Shown here: piece after piece, positions 1 through 10,717 of the stretch | Layout: each line of letters starts with the position of its first letter | Numbering within the stretch: position 1 is the first letter of the stretch | NCBI GenBank assembly: GCA_965215265.1 | Contig: OZ244048.1 | Span: 32,001-96,000, forward strand | Length of the DNA stretch: 64,000 bases | Source of the DNA: Candidatus Poribacteria bacterium | GTDB lineage: Bacteria > Poribacteria > WGA-4E > WGA-3G | Direction: 5' to 3' | Program-made: the position numbers and the translations under genes | Notes under the pieces: model-generated | What the model saw: the letters and a program-made list of their open reading frames with translations, nothing else | The model's database searches: none | Told to the model about the DNA's origin: nothing

Positions 1-350
1 GCCAAGCGGTTTGGAAGGCTTTACAGAAAGCAGGCACTGGGTACACAATACAAGATGGAGATTGTGGAGAGCACTTGTTTGAAAATTTCGAGGCCACACC
101 GTCTGAAAGTTTGTCTGCTTGCTATCGATATCGCTTTTAAAATATGTTTTGCTCTTTTTTCTTCTAATTGGGGAAAATTGAATTTATATTCTTCAGAATC
201 AGCGAAAGTATCTGCTACGTGTTTAAATTCACTTTGACTAGAAGCAGGTTGCTTGCCCTGAAGACTTGATGCCTTCTGTCCGCCACAAGTGTATGTATAC
301 CTTTAACAATCGTTAATATCAATAATCGAAAAAGGAAGGAATTTCTAAAC

Positions 351-1082
351 ATGACAGGCGAAGAAAAATTTACTGTCGACCTAGAGGGTTATCTCGTGAT
401 AAAAGACGTTTTGACGGATGATGAAGTGGCTGAGATGAACGCTATCATTGACGCAGGTAACCTTCAGGGCCCACCGAGTCTCTGGGGTGAACCGTTCAAG
501 AGGCTTATTAACCATCCGAAAATTCTGCGTTATCTTATTGAGTTATTGGGCCCTCATGTCCGGCTGGACCACGATTATGCCATTTTCATGAACGCGGGCG
601 AAGGACGTGGTGGGTTGCACGGTGGTGAAGATGGAGGCCGCCCGGGCGGGCACGAGGGCGATCATTGGTACAAATATCGTGATGGTGTCATGCGGAACGG
701 CTTGTGCGTGATGACTTACAATTTGGTAGACGCACCTGAAGGTGCCGGTGGGTTTGCTTGTGTACCAGGTAGCCACAAGAGTAATTTCACTACCGATATT
801 CCGGCAGAGGTTCGCCGGTTTGAAAGGGCCGTCCACTATGTCGTGCAACCTGCACTTAAGGCGGGGGATGTCCTCTTTTTTACTGAGGCTGTTGTTCACG
901 GTACAATGCCGTGGCGTGCAGAACACCAGCGGCGCGCGTTGCTGTATAAATATAGTCCGGGACATTCCGCATGGTCAGGTAATTATTATGACATCAGCAA
1001 ATACGGTGAATTGACTGAACAACAGCACCGGATGCTTTTGCCCCCTTCTATTGGCGGTCGGCCTCGTGTGCTCGATGCCTAG
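351..1082 (+). CDS. Phytanoyl-CoA dioxygenase (PhyH) family Fe(II)/2OG dioxygenase
   Basis: Motifs 'GYLVIKDVLT', 'GGFACVPGSHKS', 'AGDVLFFTEAVVHGT' and 'RRALLYKY'; SD AAGGAAGG upstream. Confidence 0.85.
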   Translation: MTGEEKFTVDLEGYLVIKDVLTDDEVAEMNAIIDAGNLQGPPSLWGEPFKRLINHPKILRYLIELLGPHVRLDHDYAIFMNAGEGRGGLHGGEDGGRPGGHEGDHWYKYRDGVMRNGLCVMTYNLVDAPEGAGGFACVPGSHKSNFTTDIPAEVRRFERAVHYVVQPALKAGDVLFFTEAVVHGTMPWRAEHQRRALLYKYSPGHSAWSGNYYDISKYGELTEQQHRMLLPPSIGGRPRVLDA

Positions 1083-1105
1083 TTAAACAGAGCGAGGATA
1101 ACATA

Positions 1106-2272
1106 ATGTCAAGTATACAACTCACCGGAAACCAGAGTGACTTCCTGAAAATAGTTGCGGCAGCGGCGGGTAGAGGCGATCTTGAAACCGTTCGCCAATT
1201 GGTTGATGACAATCCGGGTTGGGTTCACACAGTCGGTTCGCACGGCCGTACAATGCTGTGGGAAGCGGCTTATCGCGGAAAATTGGAAGTCGTCCAATTT
1301 CTTCTTGGGCGCGGTGCAGATATAAATCTACCCGGTTGCTATCATATCCAACATCGCGTAGAAATAACGCCTTACTGCGTAGCGAGGTACGAAGGGCACG
1401 GCGAGGTGGCGGATTATCTACGGGCACACGGTGCGAAAATTGACATTCATACTGCCGCTTACCTCGGAGATTACGAAGTAGTTCGCTCGCTTCTCGACGA
1501 GGATAAACGTCTTGTCAATAGTGGATACCTTCAAGCAGTGATGCTTCCAGCGGGGGCACCTGTCACTTTTGAACATAGAGATGCAGCATGGGCAACCCCT
1601 CTCTGCTACGCAGTTGTAGGCGGACACAAAGCTATTGTTGAATTGCTCATCTTACGCGGTGCTGCGATCGCACTTCATAGCAAACGGCTGCTTGATTATG
1701 CTGTCGCGTTAAATCGGATAGACCTCGTTAAGTTGTTACTTGACAATGGCGCAGATTTGAGCAAAGCCCCTCGTATTTTGGACGATAATGGCGAAATGGT
1801 TAATCTCCTAAAGACTTACGGTGTCCTCCCTGCAGACATCAATGCTAAAAACCACATGGGGTGGCCCCCATTCGTTATTGCCTGCCGAGGCGACAACGGA
1901 GAGCATCCCGACGAAATTCAGAGGCTTTTAAAACTTGGTGCTGATATCGATGTTCGGAATTACAAAGGCAAAACGGCGTTGCATTGTGCCGCAAAAGCCG
2001 GTTTTCTCAAAGTCATCAATCTGCTCATCGAGCAAGGGGCTACAATTGATGCTCCCGATAAGAATGGAGAAACGCCGTTATTTGATGCAATCCGCTCAAC
2101 GATAAAGAACAGAGAAAAGCAACGTGCATCACTGGAAACGTTGCTCGTCAAAGGGGCAAACCCGAATGCCAAAAATCTGAAAGGATTGACACCGCTAAAG
2201 GTTACCCAGCGGATGCGAAGGGCAGAGGCAGGGAAAATTGTGACGTTGTTGCGAACCTACGGTGCTGTTTAG
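1106..2272 (+). CDS. Ankyrin repeat protein
   Basis: Multiple ankyrin repeats ('GRTMLWEAAYRGKLEVVQFLLGRGADIN', 'GKTALHCAAKAG', 'GETPLFDA'). Confidence 0.92.
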   Translation: MSSIQLTGNQSDFLKIVAAAAGRGDLETVRQLVDDNPGWVHTVGSHGRTMLWEAAYRGKLEVVQFLLGRGADINLPGCYHIQHRVEITPYCVARYEGHGEVADYLRAHGAKIDIHTAAYLGDYEVVRSLLDEDKRLVNSGYLQAVMLPAGAPVTFEHRDAAWATPLCYAVVGGHKAIVELLILRGAAIALHSKRLLDYAVALNRIDLVKLLLDNGADLSKAPRILDDNGEMVNLLKTYGVLPADINAKNHMGWPPFVIACRGDNGEHPDEIQRLLKLGADIDVRNYKGKTALHCAAKAGFLKVINLLIEQGATIDAPDKNGETPLFDAIRSTIKNREKQRASLETLLVKGANPNAKNLKGLTPLKVTQRMRRAEAGKIVTLLRTYGAV

Positions 2273-2305
2273 GTATCCTGTCTATCCAATTACAAAGGAG
2301 TGTGT

Positions 2306-3115
2306 ATGTTAACATCTGACGAAAAATGGTTTTTTGACCATCACGGATTCATTATTCTTCGTCAAGTTGTGCCAGTCGAGGATATCCGGTTAATGATTGA
2401 ATTGGGCGAGCTATGGCACGAGATGAGTTTAGAGGCCTTGCCGCCGCCACTTACTTCTACTTCCCGGACTGGTACCCATTCTCCGACGATTGCACATTGG
2501 ATTAATCATGTCCAGTACGGTCATCAGGTATTCCAGCGGCTAGTGCTTAATGTAGAGATTATGCGGGTGATCATCGCACTGACACGAAACACTCCGTGTC
2601 TTGTGGACTGTGCTTTGACTCAGAACCATAAAACCTCGGATGATATCGGTTTTCATGCTGCTGGACAGGATTACGGTGTAGAAAATGGCATGCCTTACGC
2701 AGGCTTTCTCAACGCAGCGACATCATTGGTTGATGTACCACCTGGAACCGGGTTCGTCTGTCTGCCTGGCAGTCATAAGCGTCACTTCGATCCTCCAGAT
2801 AACCTGTCAATTTACGGTGGTCCTCCAACGGTTATCAATGTTCCGCTCTGTGCAGGGGATTGCGTCATCTTTACTGAAGCACTCTACCACGGTGCGAGAC
2901 GTTGGACAGAAACATATCCACGTTATACCGTCTTCAATCGATACATTGCTGACGGATCGCACCGCGCACTGCCGATCGAATCCTATAAACATTTGATTTG
3001 CGAGGAAGTCTACGAATTGGAAAAGCCTGCGATTCGAGGACACCGGAAACAGGTAGTAGAACGTATCCTAAGTGGTATTTTCACCCGACAGCAAAACGCT
3101 TGCAAGTACTGCTAA
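2306..3115 (+). CDS. PhyH family dioxygenase; 3' end runs out of frame into a WD40 remnant
   Basis: 'FFDHHGFIILRQV', 'GFVCLPGSHK', 'AGDCVIFTEALYHG'; SD AAGGAG at 2295-2300 precedes ATG 2306. Confidence 0.8.
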   Translation: MLTSDEKWFFDHHGFIILRQVVPVEDIRLMIELGELWHEMSLEALPPPLTSTSRTGTHSPTIAHWINHVQYGHQVFQRLVLNVEIMRVIIALTRNTPCLVDCALTQNHKTSDDIGFHAAGQDYGVENGMPYAGFLNAATSLVDVPPGTGFVCLPGSHKRHFDPPDNLSIYGGPPTVINVPLCAGDCVIFTEALYHGARRWTETYPRYTVFNRYIADGSHRALPIESYKHLICEEVYELEKPAIRGHRKQVVERILSGIFTRQQNACKYC

Positions 3116-3556
3116 GGACGAGGCTGTTATTCACTTGTGGGATATTACCTCAGGCAGAAAAATTACCCTATCTACAGAGCATCTGGCTGGAACTGTTGGG
3201 GCATTGGCATTCTCTCCATATGGCAAAACACTTGCTTGTGGACGTAGAGACAGATTAATTCAGGTATGGGACGTTAGGACCCATGAATTGCTATCGAATT
3301 TCATGGGAAATGCAGGGCGTGCACTGCATTGGCGTTTTCTCCAGATAGCACAAGACTAGCCAATGGAAGCTCAGATGGACTGATTCGAGTATGGGATGTC
3401 GATACAAAACGACAAATATTGGATGCTCTCACCGGGCACGCTTCTACTGTCACACAGTTATTATTTTCACAAAATAGCCAGACACTTGTAAGCGGCAGTA
3501 GGGATAATACAATTCTTGTCTGGGAATTAGATAAAATTGGAAACGTAGATAAATAG
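3072..3556 (+). pseudogene. WD40-repeat protein C-terminal remnant, frameshifted near 3325
   Basis: 'VFSPDSKTLAS..IHLWD' and 'LAFSPYGKTLA' in one frame; 'AFSPDSTRLANGSSDGLIRVWD..GSRDNTILVWE' in another; no N-terminus. Confidence 0.8.
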
Positions 3557-3883
3557 TCGCTCCCCGTTATTGCTAAATGTGTCCCTAACTGAGATTGGAT
3601 TAGGATAGGGTGCTTTGGATAATTTCGCATCCTGTCTTAACCCAGACATCATTAAGCTGGGACGAGTCCCTTGGAGGTTTCCCATAATGAGATGATGAAT
3701 TAGGTCTGATCTTGTTTTTAAATTTCCTCAAAAAACGCCAAATATGATATAATGATACCATTGGACTGAAACAAAACACTCTGATTTAAACATCAAGACG
3801 TTGTCATCGTCTTAAAATAGTAAGCATACCGAGATTGCAAACCTGAACGATTTTATTAATTCTCATAAGAAAGGAATGGAAAT

Positions 3884-5239
3884 TTGAACCATAGAAAACG
3901 TATTCTAGGCACGCCGCACTGTTGCAAACGTCTATTGCAAAGTCGGTTCTTCATCTTATGTTTCATCGTTACCTTAGGAGTAAGTCCTGCTATGGCTGGC
4001 GAATGGCCGAGTTGGCGTGGCGCTCAACAGAACGGTACATCGGCTGAAACCAATTTGATTTCTAGCTGGTCGGTATCCGGAGATAACCTCCTCTGGCACG
4101 CAGAATTTATAGGCCGTTCTACACCTATCGTCTTAAATGAACGAGTGTACGTTATCGGGCGTACTGGTGAAGATATCACACAGCAAGAGCGTATTGCCTG
4201 TTTTGACGCAAAAACAGGTGAACTGCTTTGGAGCCACGAATTTAATGTCTTTCACACAACAATTTCCTTTAACCGCGTCGGTTGGGCGAGTCCTATAGGT
4301 GATTTGGAAACAGGAAACATCTACGTTCATGGGGTACAAGGGCTATTTTTCTGTTTTGATAAAGATGGTAATATTGTGTGGTCACGGTCGCTCACAGAAG
4401 AATATGGCAGGATTTCTGGTTACGGAGGTCGCATCCATACGCCGATTATCGCTGGAAATTTAGTCGTAATCAGTTACCTGAATTCAGGCTGGGGCGAGCA
4501 AACCGCTACACGGCACCGTTATTTTGCATTTGATAAACAGACTGGCGAATTAATATGGGTATCCACTCCGGGCGGTAGACCGCTCGACACGACCTATTCA
4601 ACACCGGTTGTTACGGAGATTGATGGACACCCTCTAATTATTGGTGGAAATGCCGATGGCAGCATTTATGCAATGAAGCAAGAGACCGGTGAAATGATAT
4701 GGGGCTTTAAGTTAAGTCAGCGCGGGATTAATACATCGGTTGTGGTTGAAGGTACTAAGGTCTACGCCTCACACGGTGAGGAGAACATAGATAGTACGAC
4801 AATGGGACGCGTTGTCTGCATTGATGCCACCGGCACAGGCGATGTTACCACTACGCATGAAGTCTGGCGATATGATGGGGTTAATTTTGGATACTCCTCT
4901 CCTACGATTCACGCGGGCCACGTCTACATTGTGGATAATTCGGCGAACGTTCACTGCCTCAACGCCGAGACCGGCGAATTACTTTGGGAACACAGCATTG
5001 GTACTGTCGGAAAGGGTTCGCCTGTCTGGGCAGACGGGAAATTGTACGTTACAGAGGTTAACGGCAAATTTCATATTCTGCAACCGACAGAAGAGGGGTG
5101 TGAATCCCTCGATGTAGAGCAGATTAACAGAAAAATTGACAGCCATTATGTAGAGATCTACGGATCGCCTGCAATTGCGGATGGGAAAATCTATTTTACC
5201 ACCGAAGAACACATCTATTGTATTGGGAGTATGAAATGA
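3884..5239 (+). CDS. Secreted PQQ-binding-like (BamB-type) beta-propeller protein
   Basis: Signal peptide, 'EWPSWRG', repeated 'FDAKTGELLW', 'SSP' and 'GSPAIADGKIY' blades. Confidence 0.88.
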   Translation: MNHRKRILGTPHCCKRLLQSRFFILCFIVTLGVSPAMAGEWPSWRGAQQNGTSAETNLISSWSVSGDNLLWHAEFIGRSTPIVLNERVYVIGRTGEDITQQERIACFDAKTGELLWSHEFNVFHTTISFNRVGWASPIGDLETGNIYVHGVQGLFFCFDKDGNIVWSRSLTEEYGRISGYGGRIHTPIIAGNLVVISYLNSGWGEQTATRHRYFAFDKQTGELIWVSTPGGRPLDTTYSTPVVTEIDGHPLIIGGNADGSIYAMKQETGEMIWGFKLSQRGINTSVVVEGTKVYASHGEENIDSTTMGRVVCIDATGTGDVTTTHEVWRYDGVNFGYSSPTIHAGHVYIVDNSANVHCLNAETGELLWEHSIGTVGKGSPVWADGKLYVTEVNGKFHILQPTEEGCESLDVEQINRKIDSHYVEIYGSPAIADGKIYFTTEEHIYCIGSMK

Positions 5240-6180
5240 TGAAAATTTCTTGTAGAAGCAATTTGCTGATCGCGAGTCTTTGTGTCATAGTTTGCTGCAT
5301 CGTGGCCGGATGCGCTAGTAAAGAGGTTGCTCTGGTACCCAGCGAACGGATGCAATCAAGAGAGCCTGCGGTGTCTATTTTGCTAACCCCCGCTGAAAGC
5401 TTAACCGATAGGCAACCTGTTCAATTCACACTTATAGCTTTTGATGTAAACGGGAAGCGTACGAACAAAATTGGCAACAGCGAATGGGGGCTCATAGGTT
5501 TAGCAGGAACTGTCCAAGATGGGTTATTCACACCTGATAAAAGTGCGGGAGCACAAGCCGGAACAGTCGTAGTCCGCTCGGGTGCCATGAAAGCGGCGGC
5601 CCGCATCCGGGTTATTCCGCCACTCCCATGGACAGAAGATTTTGAAGCAATGGAGCCGGAAAAAAGCCCATCCCACTGGATCGGTTCAACAAGGAAGTTT
5701 TTCATCCGAGAAAAAGATGGCAACAAAGTTCTCGTTAAAACACCTGTCCAGCGCGGGTTAAACCGTTCGAACGTCTACATCGGTCCGCCGAAGATGAAAG
5801 ATTACACTATCCAAATTGACCTTATGGGCACGAAAGATAAACGCAGGCTCCCCGATATGGGGCTAATTGCAAATCGGTATACGTTGGACATGCAAGGTAG
5901 ACATCAACGTTTACAAATCCGTTCATGGGCATCTGACCTTCGTATGGCAAAGACGATAGATTTCGCTTGGGAAACCGATGTCTGGTATACCATGAAAATG
6001 GGCGTAGAAATTATTGATGGCAAAGCGATTATCCGTGGTAAAGTATGGCGGACTAGTGAGCCTGAACCGGATGCGTGGACACTGACAGCCGAAGACCCGC
6101 TCCCGAACGTGGAAGGCAGCCCCGGCATTTACGGATACTCTGCAACTGAAATTTATTACGACAATTTAAAGGTATGGTGA
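5236..6180 (+). CDS. Lipoprotein with Ig-like and lectin-like (jelly-roll) region
   Basis: ATGA overlap with the upstream stop; lipobox 'IVAGC'; 'WTEDFE', 'WYTMKM', 'GKVW', 'YYDNLKV' jelly-roll pattern. Confidence 0.65.
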   Translation: MMKISCRSNLLIASLCVIVCCIVAGCASKEVALVPSERMQSREPAVSILLTPAESLTDRQPVQFTLIAFDVNGKRTNKIGNSEWGLIGLAGTVQDGLFTPDKSAGAQAGTVVVRSGAMKAAARIRVIPPLPWTEDFEAMEPEKSPSHWIGSTRKFFIREKDGNKVLVKTPVQRGLNRSNVYIGPPKMKDYTIQIDLMGTKDKRRLPDMGLIANRYTLDMQGRHQRLQIRSWASDLRMAKTIDFAWETDVWYTMKMGVEIIDGKAIIRGKVWRTSEPEPDAWTLTAEDPLPNVEGSPGIYGYSATEIYYDNLKVW

Positions 6181-6183
6181 TAT

Positions 6184-7719
6184 ATGCAAAAGAATTATAC
6201 GACGGCAACAAGTGCGTCGTCAATTATCAGAGGGCAAGGGCTTGTAACTTGCACAGATACCATTAAAATCATTAACGCAAATACGACATTATGGCGGTTT
6301 TCTGCCCTTATCGTTGGACTTCTCTTGAGTCTTGTAATTCCTTGCACCGCTGCCAAAAAGGAAATCGCGCTGTGGGGTGGCACGCTCAGTAGAAACATGG
6401 TCTCCGATGAAAAAAATATACCTGCAACATGGAATTATGAAACCGGCGAAAATATAAAATGGACAGCACAACTGGGCTCGCAAACGTACGCCGGGCCGCT
6501 TGTTATTGGAGGCAAGGTATTTGTTGGGACCAATAACCAAGCACTCCGAAATCCAAAGTTAACAGGTGACCGGGGTGTCATCATGGCGTTTCGTGAAGCA
6601 GATGGTAAATTTCTCTGGCAGTCAACGCACACCAAACTGCCCTCCGGGCGCGTTAACGACTGGCCGCAACAAGGTGTCTGCTCAACCCCGTTTATTGAGG
6701 GCGACCGGCTCTACTATATCTCCAACCGCTGTGAAGTTGTCTGTGTAGATACGGAAGGCTTCTTAGATGGCGAAAACGATGGTCTCGTTACAGACGAGGC
6801 AGAGACGAGTGAGATTGATGCAGATATCATCTGGAGTTATGATATGATGGATGAGTTGGATGTCTTTCCACACAACCTCGCCACCTGCTCTCCGCTCGCT
6901 GTAGGTGATTTGCTTTTCCTAGAGACAAGCAACGGTGTTGATGAGGGACACATCCACATTCCTTCTCCTGATGCCCCCAGTTTTATTGCGTTAAACAAAA
7001 ACACAGGGGAACTTGTCTGGGAAGATGCTTCCCCGGGCGAAAATATACTTCATGGCCAATGGGCAAATCCGGCTTACGGCGTTATAAAGGGTGTACCACA
7101 GGTTATTATTCCCGGTGGTGATGGTTGGATCTATGCGTTTGAGCCGGAAACCGGGAAGATTATCTGGAAGTTTGACTGCAACCCCAAAGACTCAGTGTGG
7201 GAACTCGGTGGGAGAGGGACCCGAAACAACATCATTTCAACCCCGGTTGTCTACGAAGATAGAGTCTACATTGCCGTCGGTCAGGATCCAGAGCATGGCG
7301 AAGGCGTAGGACACCTCTGGTGTATTGATGCATCTCAGACGGGTGATATAACGGAGACTGCCGCTGTGTGGCATTTCGGTGATGAACAATTTAACCGGAC
7401 TATGTCCACAGCTGCTATTAGCGAAGGGCTGCTCTACATATCTGATTTGAGTGGATTCCTCTATTGCTTAGATGCAAACACCGGAGACCTCTATTGGAAA
7501 CATGACACCTATGCTGCTATTTGGGGCTCGCCCTTTGTCGTAGATGGTAAGGTTTACCTCGGCGATGAAGATGGGGATGTCGTTATCTTAAAAACGGGTA
7601 AAACCGAGCAAGTCCTGTTTGAAACCAACATGGGAAGTGCTGTTTACACAACGCCGGTGGCGAAAGATGGCGTACTATACATCGTAACCCGTAACATGCT
7701 CTTTGCCATCTCAGAATAG
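6184..7719 (+). CDS. PQQ-binding-like beta-propeller protein
   Basis: 'WGGTLSRNM', 'LGSQTYAGP', 'LNKNTGELVW', 'WGSPFVVDGKVY'; the true start may be downstream. Confidence 0.88.
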   Translation: MQKNYTTATSASSIIRGQGLVTCTDTIKIINANTTLWRFSALIVGLLLSLVIPCTAAKKEIALWGGTLSRNMVSDEKNIPATWNYETGENIKWTAQLGSQTYAGPLVIGGKVFVGTNNQALRNPKLTGDRGVIMAFREADGKFLWQSTHTKLPSGRVNDWPQQGVCSTPFIEGDRLYYISNRCEVVCVDTEGFLDGENDGLVTDEAETSEIDADIIWSYDMMDELDVFPHNLATCSPLAVGDLLFLETSNGVDEGHIHIPSPDAPSFIALNKNTGELVWEDASPGENILHGQWANPAYGVIKGVPQVIIPGGDGWIYAFEPETGKIIWKFDCNPKDSVWELGGRGTRNNIISTPVVYEDRVYIAVGQDPEHGEGVGHLWCIDASQTGDITETAAVWHFGDEQFNRTMSTAAISEGLLYISDLSGFLYCLDANTGDLYWKHDTYAAIWGSPFVVDGKVYLGDEDGDVVILKTGKTEQVLFETNMGSAVYTTPVAKDGVLYIVTRNMLFAISE

Positions 7720-7820
7720 CGAAAAATCCTCTGTAGACAGGAGCGGCAAGGCTCATTTAGCACGCAAATTCTTGTTGCGTCCAGGCATTTGCTGCCAAAC
7801 TTGCAAGTCTGTATTACGTT

Positions 7821-8900
7821 ATGCAAATGAAACTCTCTCAAAAAATTACGAAAGCCCAAACCGAACTCGATGCCCACGTGAGGGACATTGTCAACTGGCA
7901 TTTTAGTCCGGAGACTGGCTGCCCTTTCTGGTTGGAGTTTGCTGAAACCCTTACTTTTGATCCAAAAAAAGAAATTGCTGGTTACGCAGACCTCAAACGC
8001 CTTGGGCATTTTCAAGATGAGTGGCTCCGGGGTGGCCCGGTGCGGCGATGGGTGCCAAAGGCATACGCGAATCAACCGATTTACGTGTTTGAGACCGGCG
8101 GTTCCACCGGCATCCCGAAGTGCCGGATTAGCGTCCAAGATTTCCATATCGATTATGAGCAATTTAGCACGACACTCTCTGATGAGGGATTCCCGCTCGG
8201 CAGCGATTGGCTCATGCTGGGACCGACAGGGCCCCGGCGTTTACGGCTTGCTGTTGAACACCTCGCCCAACATCGTGGCGGTATCTGTTTCCTTGTAGAT
8301 CTGGATCCACGCTGGGTGAACCAACTTGTGCGGTACGGCAAGCACCAAGAATTGGATGCTTACAAAAATCATGTCATCGCGCAAGCACTCAACGTCCTGA
8401 GGGCGCATGAAAACGTTCAGTGTCTTTTTACCACCCCTAAGCTGCTTGAAGCATTGTGTGAAAAAATTTCGTTGCAAAAAGCCGGCATTAAGGGTATCTT
8501 TTGTGGTGGAACGGAGATGGATGCACAGTTTCACCGATTTGCGCGTGAAGAGCTCGTTCAAGGCATCGATTTTGTCCCTACCTATGGCAATACGTTGATG
8601 GGGCTAGCTACTTGCAAACCATTTAATCCATCGGATAGCTATGCCATAATCTATTACCCGCCCCAACCACGTGCTGTGATTGAATTGGTAAATCCGGCGG
8701 ATCCGGAGGAACCGGTTGATTATGGCGAAACGGGGCGTGTCATGCTCACAACGTTGACAAAAGAATTTTTCATGCCGCGTTTTTTGGAGCGCGACGAAGC
8801 TGAACGTGCAAAACCGATTCCGGAGTACCCTTGGGACGGTGTTGAGAATCTACGCCTACTCACAGAGCTCCAAGAAAGCGTTGTCGTGGGTGTTTACTAA
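7821..8900 (+). CDS. EhpF/LuxE-like acyl-adenylating (ANL-fold) enzyme
   Basis: 'WHFSPETGCPFWL', P-loop-like 'ETGGSTGIPK', 'GPTGP', 'DLDPRWV', 'YGETGRV' and C-terminal 'VGVY' resemble the phenazine-modifying enzyme EhpF as I recall it. Confidence 0.75.
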   Translation: MQMKLSQKITKAQTELDAHVRDIVNWHFSPETGCPFWLEFAETLTFDPKKEIAGYADLKRLGHFQDEWLRGGPVRRWVPKAYANQPIYVFETGGSTGIPKCRISVQDFHIDYEQFSTTLSDEGFPLGSDWLMLGPTGPRRLRLAVEHLAQHRGGICFLVDLDPRWVNQLVRYGKHQELDAYKNHVIAQALNVLRAHENVQCLFTTPKLLEALCEKISLQKAGIKGIFCGGTEMDAQFHRFAREELVQGIDFVPTYGNTLMGLATCKPFNPSDSYAIIYYPPQPRAVIELVNPADPEEPVDYGETGRVMLTTLTKEFFMPRFLERDEAERAKPIPEYPWDGVENLRLLTELQESVVVGVY

Positions 8901-9012
8901 TCCACCGGACCGGATATTGTCCACGTGATCCGAAGAGGGGTTCAAAATATGCAATTGCACATAGATTTTCTTTTTTCCGACCGGTAGCTCTATAAGATAC
9001 AAAAGAAAAATT

Positions 9013-9827
9013 ATGAATATTGAAAACCGAACCGTTTTTTCTAACGACAACTTGTTTGTTCTTCGGGGCTTAGACAGCGAGTCTATAGACTTAATTTATT
9101 TGGATCCACCCTTCAATTAGGAATTATGCCGCTCCTATAGGGAGCCAGGCGGCAGGCGCAGCGTTTAAAGATACGTGGACGTTATCGGATGTTGATAATG
9201 CATGGCATGGCGAGATTGCCGACCGTGAACCTGCGTTGTATCAAGCGATCACGCCGCTGAGTTAACGCATGGCAAAAGCATGAAATCTGATCTGATTACT
9301 ATGGCGGTGCGCGTGATAGAGATGAAACGCGTTAAAAAAAACGGGAGTATCTATCTGCATTGCGATCCGACAGCCAGCCATTATCTGAAGGTGATGATGG
9401 ATAGCATCTTCGGAAAAAATAACTTCAGGTCTGAGATTACGTGGAAGCGTACAACCTCTACGCAAAAAGGATCTCAGCATCGTAGCACACGGTGGGGCAA
9501 CAACGCTGATATACTTCTGTATTATGCTGCATCGCCATCCACATGCTTGCGTCCAGAAAGAGAATTGTTTGTATACAGGTGCCCAACACCAATCTATGTT
9601 ATGATAACCCTTGCATAAATCTCGTCTGAGCCGTCCGGTGTTTTGACTTTAAAGACATAACCTAAGAAATCTCCGACGAGATCTACATCGGATTTAACAC
9701 AACATAACCCTTTATGGTACGGAGATAGACAAAAAAGTTTGTGAACCCGCATCCGTCTGTTGCAAAGGGACGAGGCATGTAGGAGGAATTGATCACTCGT
9801 TTAAAAGGACAAGGTGTTCTAAAATAA
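9013..9827 (+). pseudogene. Degraded site-specific DNA methyltransferase
   Basis: ATG 9013 gives 'MNIENRTVFSNDNLFVLRGLDSESIDLIYLDPPFN*'; frameshifted 'AAFKDTWT' and 'GSIYLHCDPTASHYLKVMMDSIFG..FRSEITWKR' follow; possible tail 'EELITRLKGQGVLK*' ends at 9827 (end less certain). Confidence 0.75.
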
Positions 9828-10012
9828 AGAAGTAGAGATTTGTAGAGCCTAAATACCTGTTTGGATGTCCACTAACAATATAAGAAGGGTTTGAAATCGT
9901 GCTGGGCCGGAAAGTAAGACTTGGTGGTATTTGCGAATTCGGATTTTGTTGGAGGCACTTTGTCCGCCTCCGTCCAATGAAAGTTCAATATAACTCAAAG
10001 AGGAGCCTGACT

Positions 10013-10717
10013 ATGCCAACGAAAATTGAAAAAATGTTCCGGTCACCCTATTCGGTACCGAACGGTTTGCAAGTTACAGACGATGGCTTATGGGTCGTCG
10101 ATCAGATTACTGACAGAGTCGCTTTAGTTGAAATCATAGCAGATCCGGACTATACCGTGCCGAAACTCATCCGCGACATCTCCAGTGAGTCTTCTAACAC
10201 CAGCGGTATGACGTATGGCGAAGGCGCGCTCTGGCTAGCAGCAAATGGCCCTGGAGAACGCTGGCGTCCGGTTAGAGACACAGATGCCAAACCCGGTGCG
10301 AGCGAGATTTTCAAAGTCGACCCTGATACCGGTGAAACCCTTGGACGCTATCCAATCCCTGATGGCGGGGGAACGCACGGTGTCGAATATGACAATTACG
10401 ATGAAGGACATCTCTGGGTTCAGACGCTGAAAAACCGTGAGATACACAAGATTAGCACTTCAGACTGGTCTATCCAGCACACGTTGCCCCTACCGTACGA
10501 CCGGGGACACGGCACTGTTCGTGTTCCAGACGGCCTCTGGGTAACACATACCTCCAACCGTGTTATTGCCAAGCTCGACCTGGCAGATGGCACTATCCTA
10601 GACGAGATCGAGGTAGATGAGGCGTACCCTGAACCGCATGGGCTTTCTATCTATGGAGAAGATTTTCTGTACTGCGATGCTGCCTCCGGCTGGATCGCAA
10701 AGATTACACACACATGA
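10013..10717 (+). CDS. Small cytoplasmic beta-propeller protein (Vgb/glutaminyl cyclase-like)
   Basis: SD GAGGAG before ATG 10013; repeats 'PNGLQ..DGLWVVD', 'SGMTYGEGALWLA', 'PHGLS'; ATGA overlap with the next gene. Confidence 0.65.
   Translation: MPTKIEKMFRSPYSVPNGLQVTDDGLWVVDQITDRVALVEIIADPDYTVPKLIRDISSESSNTSGMTYGEGALWLAANGPGERWRPVRDTDAKPGASEIFKVDPDTGETLGRYPIPDGGGTHGVEYDNYDEGHLWVQTLKNREIHKISTSDWSIQHTLPLPYDRGHGTVRVPDGLWVTHTSNRVIAKLDLADGTILDEIEVDEAYPEPHGLSIYGEDFLYCDAASGWIAKITHT

Noticed and set aside
1-290. Short open frames at the window start (55..237 and a minus-strand frame)
   Set aside because: No recognisable motif or convincing start; cannot be supported as genes.
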